In this document: positions 51,303 to 64,000 of the stretch, piece by piece
How positions within the stretch are numbered: position 1 is the first letter of the stretch
Layout: each line of letters opens with the position of its first letter
NCBI GenBank assembly: GCA_964016885.1
Contig: OZ024742.1
Coordinates: 175,398,001 to 175,462,000, forward strand
From: Eledone cirrhosa
Lineage: Eukaryota
Direction of reading: 5' to 3'
Length of the DNA: 64,000 nt
Notes under the pieces: model-generated
Databases searched by the model: none
What the model saw: only the letters and a program-made list of their open reading frames with translations
What the model was told of the DNA's origin: nothing
Made by a program: the position numbers and the translations under genes

Positions 51303-51496
51303 ATCTGTGTATATATATATATATATATATATGTATTATATGTATATATGTATATATATATAAGTAAAAAACAAAACAAAACCAATAAGAAAGAGTGCAG
51401 TACGAACAGTCTGGTATTAGGTTCACGCTTGTATATATATATATATATGTATATATATACATACATACACATACATGCATATTATGTATAATAAAA

Positions 51497-51830
51497 ATCA
51501 TCATTTAACGACCATTTTCCATGCTAGCATGGGTTAAATGATTTGTCCTATTAGAGGCAACTTGGGTCAGATGACTGTCTTGTTCATATAGAACTGCTTC
51601 TGGCTAGGTTTCTACAGCTGGATGCTTTTCCTAGCGACAACCACATTTACAGTGTGTGCTGGGTCTTTTTTGTTGTGATACCCACATGACCACTTTACAA
51701 TGTAGGCTGGGTGCTTTTTCTTGTGACACCTATAAGACCACTTTACAGTATGGGCTGGATGCTTTTTTGTTGTGATACCAACATAACCTTTCAGCATAAG
51801 GGCGGTGTGGACAGAAGGTGTTGGGGAATG
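51497..51830 (-). mobile_element. RTE-type 3' UTR fragment with tandem cactttacagtgtgggctgg subrepeats
   Basis: Same module as the other RTE UTRs. Confidence 0.7.
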
Positions 51831-52079
51831 GGAGATGTATGGAAAGAGGTAAAGTGGTTAAGAGGTGCCTATATATACATTATATACATAGATATGCCCT
51901 GTGCAGTCATCATTTATCGGAGTAACTGCTTTCCTAGATGTTTGCCTTCACTACGGCTTATGGAGTCTAAATCTGCCCCAGTCAGCAATGTATCTGGGGA
52001 TATCTCTTCAGAGGAAGATGAACCCTCATGAGTTGGTTATAATACTTCATTGATCTTCTAAATTCAGTCACAACAACAT

Positions 52080-52760
52080 ATTCTGATGTACGTCACATAC
52101 ATTTAGAAATAATGCCTAACCTCTCAGAGGCTGAGGTCACAAGAGCGATTAAAGAACACAAATCATGCAAGGCTTCTTAGGAGGATGAAATTCAGCCCAA
52201 GATGTTAAAAACCTTGAATAGGGGAGGTATTCCCTGCCAAACTCACGTGTTTTGGGTGGCCTGGATCTCTGGAAAGATACCTAAACAATGACAATCAGGA
52301 GTGATAACCCTAAATTTTAAAAAGCGAGACAGGAGGAATTACTCAAATTATAGTGGGATCTCTTTGTTTAACTTCCACAGTAAAGTCTCTGCTTAGTATT
52401 CGGCCAAGAGATGTAGGAGTATTTTTTAATCCAAGCTAGCTGATGAACAGTGTGCTTTTTGCCCCAGATGCTGAATAGCTATCTAAATATTAACTATCCC
52501 CAATTTGTTATTTGTGCTAGCCCTTAACTATTGTCATTAGTCTTGGGTAATGTCCAAAGGAATATGACCACATTTGTAAGTTGTCAAAATGGGGTTCCCT
52601 CATAGAGTGTGTCACTACTCGATTTTATGGATAAAACCGATGGACAGTGGTTACAGATGTAGACACTGAGTAAGACGTCTTGAAGGTGGGTTTGAGGACT
52701 ATACTCACAAGAGCCTCGCAGGAATGAGTGGGCAAGGAGAAGAAGAAGCATGAGGAGTAG
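52080..52760 (+). mobile_element. Old Expander-like RTE remnant
   Basis: EDEIQPKMLK, IPKQ*QSGVITLNFKK, NYSGISL-like motifs; GAA-rich end. Confidence 0.55.
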
Positions 52761-54814
52761 GCAAAGGAGGAAGAGGAGGAGTGGGCAAAGAAGAAGAATA
52801 TTTGTAAATATACAGAACAGAAGTAACTTAGACTATGTGTGTTTATACAAATTTACACATTTTTAGTATACAGCCATGCAAATATGCCGAATATATATAT
52901 TTTCTTGTAAATTGAATTAAAATAATAAACACCTTTCGCAACTTTTCAAGCTTAGTTAGACATTCATCAGATGGCATGTATATCCTCTAAACAACCAGAA
53001 AGAGATACCTAATGGAAGGGTTTATATACACTATCACTTATTGTAATATCCTGAATTGAATGTACTAATTTGCATATTATTAGCACTCATATTGGTAATT
53101 AAATAAGATTGTTTTAAGTTGTGTGCTAAGCAGTCAAACTGTACGATAAAAATATAACCATCTAACCCATGCTAGTGTGGAAAGTGGATGTTAAACGATG
53201 ATGATGATGTTGATGATATGCATAATAGAAGTAACCAAGACTATGTAAATATGTATATATTTACAAATTTTTAATATTTACACATGAAAATGTGTCAAAT
53301 ATGCATGTATCTTTGCAAATTGAAAAAATGGTAAACACTTATATATTTATACATGTGTGTTTGTGTTTTATGTTTGTTTATTTTCCATAATTTAGTAGTT
53401 CAATGAAAAGAAACCAATAAAATAAGTACCAAACTTGAAACACAATACATACTAAGGTTGATATGATTGGCTAAATCCTTTCAAGGTAGTACTCTAGCAT
53501 GGCCACAGTCTAATGACTGAGAAACAAGAAATATTAACAACAGTACAATGATATGTAATCAGGTATGAAGGTCTGTAGGAGAAAGAGAGATGAAGTGAAC
53601 TTTCAAGGAATGTTTTCTCTATTTTGTTCACTAGGATCATGAGGTAGCATATGCCTGGGGATGCACACATCAGTGAGGCAAATGGCTGGTTCATGATGTA
53701 ACCATTAACAACTAGATATACACATACATGCATGCACAAAACACTACTGAGCTAAACAGTATGTATGTATCTCTATCTCATTGTGGAGTCACAGGAACAC
53801 TACAGTGAGTTGTGGCCTTTCTTGATCAATTTTTAAACCTGCAGAGCCCATCTTTTCTGCAGGTCTGAACACAACCAATCCATTACAGAGAAGGAAAGAT
53901 AGTTTGATAGACAGGAAATGAGAAAGAGATAAAGAGGAAACACCAACGCCAGTACCAGCCTGGTAATGGTTTTATTGACCCCAAAATGTTGAAAGTGAAA
54001 GTTGACCTCTGCAGGATTTGAACTCAGAGCACACTGTTGGAACACATACCACAAATCATTCTATCCAACAGTCAAACAACCATTTTACCTCCTAGCCAAA
54101 CAGTAAACGACCTAAACTATGATGTGTGTATGTAAAAAAAAGTAGACACACTCTAATAGAATGGTGACACTTTTAAAATGTGCCAAAATTGATTACTGAA
54201 TGTTCTCAGTTAGTTTTCTATTCACATGATAGCTGTGTTGTTGTCAATTTTCTCACACAGCACAGAATCAATAACTCTATGATTTATAACACTTCAGAAA
54301 ACACCTTTTTATCTGCAAAAGAGATAGTTAGGTGAAATATAAAATCAATAATATGAAAGAAAGAAACATTTTTAAAATGGCACTCCCCAAACAGCTTTCA
54401 CTGCATATATTTTTACACTATTCCAAAACATTCATTTGGTTGTATTGTGAGAAAGGTTATACTGTGAGTACTTTCAGACTTAAGCTGAAGAGATTAGCAT
54501 TATTAGAAATAAATAAAAATATACTTTGAATATTCTCATCAGCTTTAAAGTAGAAACAGTTTGAAGTACATTTTTAGAGCTGGGGAAAGTTTGGAGTGGG
54601 TTTTATTTACATGTTCTATTTATTGATCACTTAAGTCCGGAGATTCCCAAACTGATGGATTCTCCGGCTGTTTCAGTGATGAGCATTCAGTAATTGTATC
54701 AACTGTGTATCCAACTTATGAATTAAAATATAAATGGTTGAGTATTCCACAGACATGTATATCCTCTACAGCATGTTCAGATGTCTTGCATGCTTTCTGT
54801 GTGCTTTTTATTAT

Positions 54815-54970
54815 AGCACCAACTTGACTAATTTACAGAGGGTTAGGGTGCATTTTATCATAGCACCAGCACAACAACTTTACATACTGTACAGGGTGCA
54901 TTTTATCATAGCATCAGCATGATTACTTTACAGGGTGTACAGGGTGTATTTTATCATAGCATCAGCACTA
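54815..54970. repeat. Minisatellite ~45-50 bp (cagggtgcattttatcatagca.cagca)
   Basis: Three to four visible units. Confidence 0.7.
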
Positions 54971-55040
54971 GAGAAGTTGCCATACACTCAGCAAGTTTCG
55001 ATAGCCCTCTCCATTCCAAAGAGTATAAATTATGTAATAT

Positions 55041-55750
55041 TTCTTCTTCTTCCTATCTTCATGTCATTTATTCCTGGGAGAGTTGTGAGGCGGAGTCCTC
55101 AAGCATACCTTCCAGTAGGTCCTGTCAGAAGCCACCATCTCCAAGTGAGACATGTGTAGCTCATAGATGTTATCTAACCATCATGCTCAGAGTCTATCTC
55201 TGCATCTCCTGCCAGTTGATTTTACCCAAGATATTCTATCCACATTTGCATAGTATTGGAGCTGTAATCTCCCAATTTGGAAAAGTAGCAGCTCTTCCTG
55301 GAACAACTCTCTCATCTCTGAGCTATGCTCTCTACTAAGTAACATGACTCCAAAGTCCCTTCAGAGGAACCTCACCTTGACCACTTGTATTTGCAATCAT
55401 ATTCTTTTGGTCATTACCCAAGATGCATGACCATAGGTAAAGATTTGCATGAATACAGAATTTAAGATAGAGCGTTTGGTTTTACACATAACCTCTTTTT
55501 TTTCTGTTGAGTACTGATGAAGCTGGCACACTAATGCACCAGTTCCTGCAATTCTTGTACTTATCTTAGCCGCCCGCCTTCCATTACTCATGCGCAAGAC
55601 CCTCAAGATATTTTAACCTCACCTGCTTCAGTGGAACTCCACTCAAATGTAAAGTGAGCTGTGCACACTTCCCCGAGAGGAAGCACTGATTTCCATTCTT
55701 GCTGTGCAGCATTCATCCATATAACAATACTGCATTGTGTTCTCCCCGAT
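55041..55750 (-). mobile_element. Old Expander-like RTE remnant
   Basis: FTYGHASWVMTKRI; (GAA)n tail; related to 37470-38421. Confidence 0.65.
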
Positions 55751-55924
55751 TCCATATTACTGTTGGATACATACAACCAGCATGTAGAGCTTAATCTTGC
55801 TTACACCATAGTTTTTGGTTTGAAATGGTGCAAACACAATACTCACAATGAAATAAACGCTAAAAGAAAGACATATTATATTTAGATATATACTTATATA
55901 TAACTCTCATGACAAAAGTGCTCC

Positions 55925-56248
55925 ACCCACATTGTAAAGTGGTCGTTTTAGAACCCCAACAAAAAGTGCCCAATCTATACTTTAAAGGGGTTATTTTGGA
56001 GCCATAACAAAAGTGCCCTGGTCTAGTTGGTGTCCTGACAAAAATGCCCTGGTCATATCGGTGTCACACAAAGCCCAGTCTAAACTGTAAAGGAGTTTAT
56101 TGGTGCCAAGATAAAAACCACCCATCCACACTCTAAATGTGATTGGTGTTAGGAAGATCATCCAGCTATAGAAACCAAATCAGAATTAGTTTGGGACAAC
56201 TCATTTAAGCCATGCTAGTATAGAAAAATGGATGTTAAATGATGATGT
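55925..56248 (+). mobile_element. RTE-tail non-autonomous element
   Basis: ggtgttaggaagatcatcc...ccatgctagta..ggatgttaaatgatgatg. Confidence 0.65.
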
Positions 56249-56272
56249 TGGCATATATATCTATCTATCTAT

Positions 56273-56951
56273 CTAGGGCGAGTAAAATTCTTGAGATCCA
56301 TGGACGAGTTCTCTCCAGCAGTCTCTGTCCCTCATTAGCGCTGCCATGTCCTGCGTCTCCAAGAGACCAGTGTCTGTCCTTAGGGCATCAACATACGTTA
56401 ACCTTGGTCTTCCTCTTCCAGTGTGTCCATGCAGGGGTTCCCACAGGAGCACTGAGTGCAGTGTCAACTCTGGATGTCGGTGAGCATGTCCAGCCAACCT
56501 CAGTCTCCTCTGTGTCACTTTTGAGCTGACTTTTGCGAGGATCCCATAGAGCTCTGAGTTTTTCATCCTCAGTGTATACTGATTAATGTTCAGAGCCATC
56601 CTCAGCATTCTCGTGTAGCACCCATCCATCATCTGGGTGAGTTTCTTGGTCAATGTCCAAGTCTCAGACCCGTACAGCAGCACAGACTCCACTACAACAG
56701 TGAAGGTCCAACTTCCACACGGATCTCAAACTGTGGCACACCGCCCAGGCTTTGCTCTTCCTCTCAACCACATCATCTTCTGTATTCCCAATCTTTGCTC
56801 CCAAATACAGGAAGTCCTCAACTAATTCCAGCGGCTTCCCGCCTACATTAGTAATCCCCTCTGGCTTCTCAACATTCTCTACCAGACATTTTGTCTTAGT
56901 CTCATTCATTCTCAACCCCACACTCATCGACACAGTCTCAACCTCCTGAAT

Positions 56952-56953
<2 letters not shown>
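56273..56953 (-). mobile_element. RTE-group LINE 3' fragment (distinct family)
   Basis: MNETKTK, VEDFLYLG, ESVLLYGSETW, RRLRLAGH, GRPRLTY; 5' end at (TA)n. Confidence 0.85.
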
Positions 56954-56986
<33 letters not shown>

Positions 56987-57471
56987 ACTTATAACTCCCA
57001 AGCTGGACTGTCATCCCATCTGATTATTTATTGAAATATTAATTTATGTATGACCCTGAATTCACCATGAAATGAGTCAAAACAACTACCAAGCCATTTA
57101 ATTTGGCATCCCAATGACTTTGCCAATTGACCTATATGCATAGAAAAAACTACAAATTCACTCTAGCATATAGCTGGTTCCATTCTGTCACCCCATGAGA
57201 ATAGCTTTCATTTCTAATTTCATTTCAAATGAAAACAATTGATTCAGAAAATAAGATAAGTTATGTGTTCTGCTAAAGTTTGTGTTTTTGTTCAACATTC
57301 AGAGATTGTGAGAAACTGGTTATAAAGAAGCTATTTACATGATACATTTCATAATTAATTCTTATGAATTTCTTACATATAAAGCACATTGAGGAAGTCA
57401 AAAAATAAATTTGTTATGTCATCTATATCATCATAGTTGACATAAATAAGGTAATATAGTATATACATGAA

Positions 57472-57705
57472 GACATGGCTGTGTGTTTATGGGGTTTGCA
57501 CATGTTTTGGTTTCAGTACGATAGTAGTGCCTTGGGCACAACTGTGGAAATGTGTTGTGATGTCACACATGCCAAGCTGTATCGGCCATTGCCTTTCCCT
57601 TGGACAACATTGATGGCATGGAGAGGGATTCTGGTATACATGGGTGACTGCTGGTCTTCCACAAACAACCTTGCCTGGACTTCTGCCTCAGAGGGGAACT
57701 TTCTA
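57472..57705 (+). mobile_element. Probable SINE (degenerate tRNA-like head, ccttgggca CORE-like motif)
   Basis: catggctgtgtg head and a GC-richer body; weak support. Confidence 0.45.
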
Positions 57706-60439
57706 TCCATTTCTTCGTTTTCTTTCTCCATACATCCTGCTCCATCGTTTTCGTCCCCATTTTTCTCCTCTCCTCCTCTTCCATTCTCTCTCTCTATAAC
57801 CCTCTCATTTCTCATCTCCTACTTTAGACTTTCTTTCTCCCTCTCTTCATTTGATTTGAGGTCATATCTTACCCCCCCCCCCAAAAAAAAAAAAAATTAC
57901 TATGCAAATAGTAGCCAGCTGTTTGTGGCTACCCCTCATTCCGAGAATACTCCAATTTTACGAATATTTATATATATATATATATGCTCTGTCACTTACA
58001 CTCATATAGACATGCAGCTACATATATATATCTAGCAACATAAAAATACATATATATGTATACAATGTATAAACAACATAAACATATAATGACATACACA
58101 CACATATTCCTATTCAGAGACAGAAACATATATAAACGCCACCCACCCAACACGACACACATATCTATACATACAGCAACATACAATCATGTATAGCAAC
58201 ATACACACACATATAATGATGTACAGACACAATACACTGACACACACAAACATATACATGCAACAAACACACAGGTGGAGATTGTAGCATATTTTCTCAC
58301 ATTTCACACTGTTGCAGTAAACGAATCGTTTCATCAAAATTATTATTATTATTATTTTTTTGTAAGCAGTTTTCTTTGCAATTACTGGTTGAAAATTGGT
58401 CTCTGTTTTGTTGTTTGCCTTATTATTTTTCTTTGTTAAACTATTCCAAATACGAATAATAAAAATAAAAAAAATGTTTGAAATAACAGGAAAAAACTTT
58501 TAAAATAAATAAAAATACAAGAAATAATTTTAATAAGATTATTTACAAAAATTTCACCCCCTGGTAAATTTTCTGTCAGCTTCAGTAATGTCTTTAAGTT
58601 TTTCTGCTTATTTGACCAAAGCAATGCCTGACAGTAAATTACACTCTACTCATTGAGACAACATATCAACAAAAGTAAAAAGTTTATTTCATTATGTGTC
58701 TGTCTGCAAGTGATGTTCACTGAGCATGAAAATCATTGATTTTTTTCAAAGATTTTGACAAGCAGAAGACAGTCCAAGACTAGCTGTAGATCATTACCAA
58801 ACAATTAGAGTTTATAAAGAATAACAACTTTTGAATTTAGACAGTCTTAGAGCTTATTCAAATGCATCAATGCTAGTTAATTCTTCTGGACATAAAAGAC
58901 TAATCTGTTGACTCTATTAACTACTGAAGAATTTGATTTTAATCTACTTCTAAGTTGTTCATATTGATTTTTTTCTATTTCTTACACTACCAATCATCCC
59001 CCTCATACAACATATTGTAATGGAAGCATTTGCATGGGTGACACAACTGCCATTATATGTGTGTGTGTGTATATACTAGGGATGTATATGATAACATATA
59101 TGACATGTTTATATGACATGAGAGTCTCACTATGCAAGAAAAACATTTATTATTATGAATTTATACTTTTCTCATTTTCGTTCTGTGAACAAGTAACAGC
59201 TTATCCCAGTGTCCAGAGAGAATGTCAGACAGCTGTTAAAAGATTTCTAATCTTTCATCAGTAACATTCATTCTACCAATACTAGGATAAAAATAGGCTA
59301 AGGCCTTATAGATTTTGTGTATTGAACATTTGATGGAAATGTTCATTTGCATATAGTGCAGACTTGGTTAGAGTTAATTGATGGTATTTCTTTTTTCTGA
59401 AACTTTTTTCTGAAACTTTTTTCTGAAACTTTTAGGTGATAGGATGTTAACAAACAGTAAACATAAACACACACATATATATAAAGATGGTGTTGCATAA
59501 CATTGAGGTTACATTATTATAAGCTGCTGGAAATATGCATACGAAACACCACAACAACATTAAGACAATGGAGAATAAATTAGTGTCTTTTGATAAGGAA
59601 ACACGAGAGAATTTGGTGCAGCAGACAAGTTGTGAAAATGATAATGCCTGATGGAGGGAAATATAAATAGATTTTTATTAATAAAAAAGAGAAAGAGATG
59701 GTGGAGTTGTGCTAGTATGTAAACAATTAGTTATTCAAATATTACAGTTGTAATAAACAACAAAGTTGCATATGAAAAAAACCCCAAAACTCATGATGAA
59801 TGAACAAAAGCATTTAATTTCCTCTTCAGCCACTACATGGTGAATGACATTTTGTGCATAAAGGTGGTATTTTATAATAGTGAACTCAGAGCACATGATG
59901 GTTTAAAACAAGCTGCCTGAAAGATGCATATGAGACAACACAACAGGAGACAACAACTGGGTGTCTTGTGACTGGAAACAGAACAGGATAAAATGCAGCC
60001 AAGTTGTGCCTATGGTAACGCTGGAAAGAAGGAAATATAAATAAACTTTTGTCAATAAAAGCTGTCCCCAAACTGCTTCTCCATCTTGGACTGGATCCTG
60101 TTAAGAATTATCCTGTTTCCATTTACCTGGGCATTGGTGAACCCGAGGTTATAGTAGGAGTCACTTGCCCAAAGTACCACACAGTAGGAGTGGACATAAA
60201 GCTAAGTGGTTGTATAGCAAACTTCTTAACCATACTGACATGCCTATGCCTCAGTAAAGATTGATGTGGTAGTTGTCAGTTAACAGTGAAAATAAAATAA
60301 AACAAAACAATAAATAACCTTGTACACTTCTTTGCTAAATCATTTCAAATAATTGTGGCAGACCTAATAGAAGACATTATGTAACCTGTCAAAGCCTTGC
60401 ATCATTGCAGAGATATAACAGACAGCTTCTGTAATTTAA

Positions 60440-60926
60440 AACCTTTTGTTACCATATTTCTAATGAAAGACACCGCATATAATGTTTGTTACCATATTTC
60501 TAATAAAAGACTGCATATAATTTTTGTTACCATATTTCTAATGAAAGACTGCATATAATTTTTGTTACCATATTTCTAATGAAATACACAGTGTATGATT
60601 TTTGTTAGCATATTTCTAATGAAAGACACTTCATATAATGTTTATTACCATATTTCTAATGAAAGACACTGTGTATATTTTTTGTTACCATATTTCTAAT
60701 GAATGATTGTATAAAATTTTCAAATCATTTTGAAAATTAATCAAGAACTTGGCAGGATTTCATAATATTCCTAATTTTCTCATTATTAAGCTGGGGTTTG
60801 AAACATAGCAAAAGTTCTTGCAAGAAAGTACAATGGAAGGATTTTAGATAAATACACACATTTTAAAACAAACAGTTTTGTATCGTAGAACTGGGACACA
60901 CTTCATGCAGTTTGGTGACAAAAGGG
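60440..60926. mobile_element. piggyBac-like MITE with an internal ~39-bp minisatellite
   Basis: ttaa..ccttttgttacca / tggtgacaaaaggg|ttaa; seven units of gttaccatatttctaatgaaagac. Confidence 0.75.
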
Positions 60927-61544
60927 TTAAGTAGAATTACTATGTGAAAAAAAACAAAAAAACAGGACAAGCATAGTTGGAATATATTTGCTCATAATTC
61001 TTCCGACTACTATTATAAACTTGAGTTGAGCAGTGACTTGTGAGTGAAATTTGGTAGATGGAAAAGGTAGAAGCACATCATGTGTATATATACACAAATT
61101 TATGTTTACATTGTACACATTGTACAATAAAGTGTGTGTGCACATATGTGCATGTGTGTGCTTATGATTATGTTTATATCCCGTAAGTTGGCAATTCTAC
61201 AAACCAAATTGATAAAATAAGTTCCAGGCTTTAAAACTAATGTACTATGGTCAATATAACCTAATAAATCCCTTCAATGTGATGCCCAAACATAGCCACA
61301 GTCTAATGACTGAAACCAATAACAAACTAAAAAAACATATAAATATATAGACTGATATACCTTGATGTTTTACATAGTTAATTACTAAATCAAATGTTCA
61401 CATTGTGGTTTCTGTTTATAGTTTGTCTTGGTCATAGACAGAATTTAATGTTCATGAAAATATATGAAACATTAACTTCTCAGCTGGTTGGTCAGAATCC
61501 TATTGTTTTATGTACACACACATATATCTGTGTGTCTGTATGTG

Positions 61545-61576
<32 letters not shown>

Positions 61577-61613
61577 GGTGTGTATATATAATATGTGTGT
61601 ATATATATATATA

Positions 61614-61644
<31 letters not shown>

Positions 61645-61811
61645 GCATATATATATATGTATATATATATGTGTGTGTGTATATACATATGTGTGTGTGT
61701 GTATATATATATCTGTGTGTGTGTGTATATATATATACATATATGTGTATATATATATATATGTATGTATGTGTGTGTGTGTATATATATATGTATATAT
61801 ATGTGTATATA

Positions 61812-62765
61812 TCTATATATTTAAAGTTGTAGTTCCTGTCTGTTTGTTTGTTCACGACCTCCTCCTATAGTTTTGGAGATAGACCGCCATTACCATATAT
61901 ATTCTGAAACTACATTGCCCAGGGTACTTGGATAAGTATATTTCATTTTAATCAAAGGTTTCCCCAGGGGCACAAACCCCCGCTGAAAAGATTTTCCCTT
62001 CGATTTAAATTAAATTTAAACCAAAGGTAAATGACAAGATATGATGTCTATTCATAAAATTTCAGCAAATTTCAATAATATTAAGACACCATAATGGGAG
62101 TTAAACCCCCTATAGTGAAAATGTTGGCCAATAAATGGAACAAGATGTGTTGTAACAAGATTGCATGAGAACTTGATTGAAGCAACCAATATATTCGGGG
62201 CTTACAAAGGTCAAGCTCTTCTCATTCCGAGGATTCCACTTATACCAAGTGATAGCGAGTTGCCTTTTACTTTTAAGAGGCTGCAGTTCCCAGTGAGGCC
62301 AAGCTTTGTCATGACCATCAATAAGAGTCAAGGTCAAACTTTCAAAACTATTGGTATAGATCTGACAAACCCATGTTTCAGTCATGACATGTTTTATGTG
62401 GCTGTTTCAAGGACTGGAACTACAAAAAATCTCTACATTTTCGCCAATCAAAGAAAGACAAGAAATGTTGTTTACCCTGATGTTCTTCATTAGGACAAAG
62501 TATGAAATATATTTTCATGTATTTATTATGTTAAAAAACAAATAATTAAACTTTGAATTTCTACTTTGAAAATAATGCTTCACACAAATATTTCCAAATT
62601 CTGCTTCTAGGGATAAGGATGTATCTGAAGAACTTGCGATTTCAGAGTCAGTTTCGATACTCACATCAATCGTACCTCAAGCTGGTCGAAAGCAAAACGA
62701 TTGTTATATGTTTAAAAAGTTCTAATTCGTTGCACCACTGATTCTCCGTTTCTTGTGTGTGTGTG

Positions 62766-62809
<44 letters not shown>

Positions 62810-62810
62810 C

Positions 62811-62842
<32 letters not shown>

Positions 62843-63444
62843 GCATATATATTGATATATAGAATCGAGACGTATCTGAGGACCTTGCGATTTCAGAGTC
62901 ACGTTCGATCATTACATCGACTGTGCCATGAGCTGGTCGCCAGAGAAATGATTGTAATATGTCTAATAAATGTTATTCATTGCAACATTGATTCTCTGTT
63001 TCTTATGTGATGTATATATATATATATATACATGTATGTGTGTATGTATATATATATATATATATATATCCAAAATTAAATTAAGGGTGCCATGTCTGAG
63101 AGACATGCACCATATCGACTGTAGAATATGCTCAAAGATTCCAATGAATAGATCCGAGCATTTTATATCAACTAGAAATTGATTGACATATATATATATC
63201 TAAAAGAATCATATGAAACAATCACATGGAATAATTCGTAAAAGTGTGTAAGCACACACAGCTAGGTAGGTAACTAATTAAAGTTTAACTAGAACTTTAA
63301 ATATAGACACCTTTTAAAATTATTAATCTTCCTTGTTATATATGTCAATCAATTTCTAGTTGATATATATATATACATATGTGTGTATATATATATATAT
63401 ATATGTATACATACATGTGTGTAAATATATATATATACACATAC

Positions 63445-63477
<33 letters not shown>

Positions 63478-63746
63478 CATACATGTGTGTACATAAATAT
63501 ATATATATATTAACAAATGGAAACTATATTTATAAAACCATATCTATTTTATTATACATATTTCAAGGATACCATTTTAAATTATGGTATGCTTTCATCA
63601 GATAAAATACAATATATACCAGTTTTATAAATAAACATTGACGTACCCTTTCAAAATGCAACCGTTCCAAATACTTGTCGAGTGATTTGTATCAGTTATA
63701 AAAATATTTGCTTGTTGTATCCCAACAATTTAAATAGAACTTTTGC

Positions 63747-63807
<61 letters not shown>

Positions 63808-64000
63808 CATGTGTGTGTGTATATATATACGTGTGTATATATATATATGTGTGTATATATATGTATATATATATATGCATATATATATGTATATATACAA
63901 TATATGTACATGCATATATATATGTATATATATATATATGTATATATATAAGTTTACATATATAAGTTTAACCCGGTTTATCCCGGGTTCAATCGGGGGT
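61812..64000 (+). mobile_element. Internally deleted Helitron (3' end probably just beyond the window)
   Basis: 5' a|TCtatatatttaaag..ctgtctgtttgtttg; helicase fragment; cccggg..atcggg hairpin at the window end. Confidence 0.7.
62135..62493 (+). pseudogene. Helitron Pif1-family helicase C-terminal fragment
   Basis: NGTRCVV, LIPRI, FKRLQFPV, MTINKSQGQT, FSH..FYVAVSR. Confidence 0.9.

Noticed and set aside
58558-58629. Possible minus-strand host exon (ALLWSNKQKNLKTLLKLTENLPG)
   Set aside because: Weak splice donor, no recognisable homology and no neighbouring exons.
60440-60705. CRISPR-like array (also 38520-38755)
   Set aside because: Spacers are short and mutually similar, the context is eukaryotic and there are no cas genes; this is a minisatellite.
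61492-61870. [12 protein letters not shown] ORFs here and throughout
   Set aside because: Translations of dinucleotide microsatellites.

Overview
AT-rich eukaryotic, repeat-dominated window with no host protein-coding gene I can support. The repeat content (RTE LINEs with (GAT)n tails, tRNA-derived SINEs, very abundant (TA)n/(CA)n) resembles a cephalopod/Octopus intron or intergenic region; this is an inference. The centrepiece is a ~16 kb nest inside one (TAA)n microsatellite (15906-32032): two full-length 6 kb L1/Tx1-clade LINEs (minus strand), an R4/Dong-clade LINE (plus strand), a Dong 3' fragment and a 21-bp Tx1 stub. In both Tx1 copies ORF1 switches reading frame by -1 at the same place, next to a slippery A/U run and a hairpin, and synonymous differences favour each frame on its own side. 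This is a candidate programmed ribosomal frameshift in a LINE ORF1. A SINE family shares the Tx1 3' terminus and its ATTAT target preference. Elsewhere are several RTE families sitting in (TA)n (two carry a PHD finger inside the RT), Penelope remnants with hammerhead-like cores, two Helitrons, two piggyBac-like MITEs, a ~660-bp palindrome and minisatellites. All calls were made by eye from the sequence and ORF track; no database searches were run.
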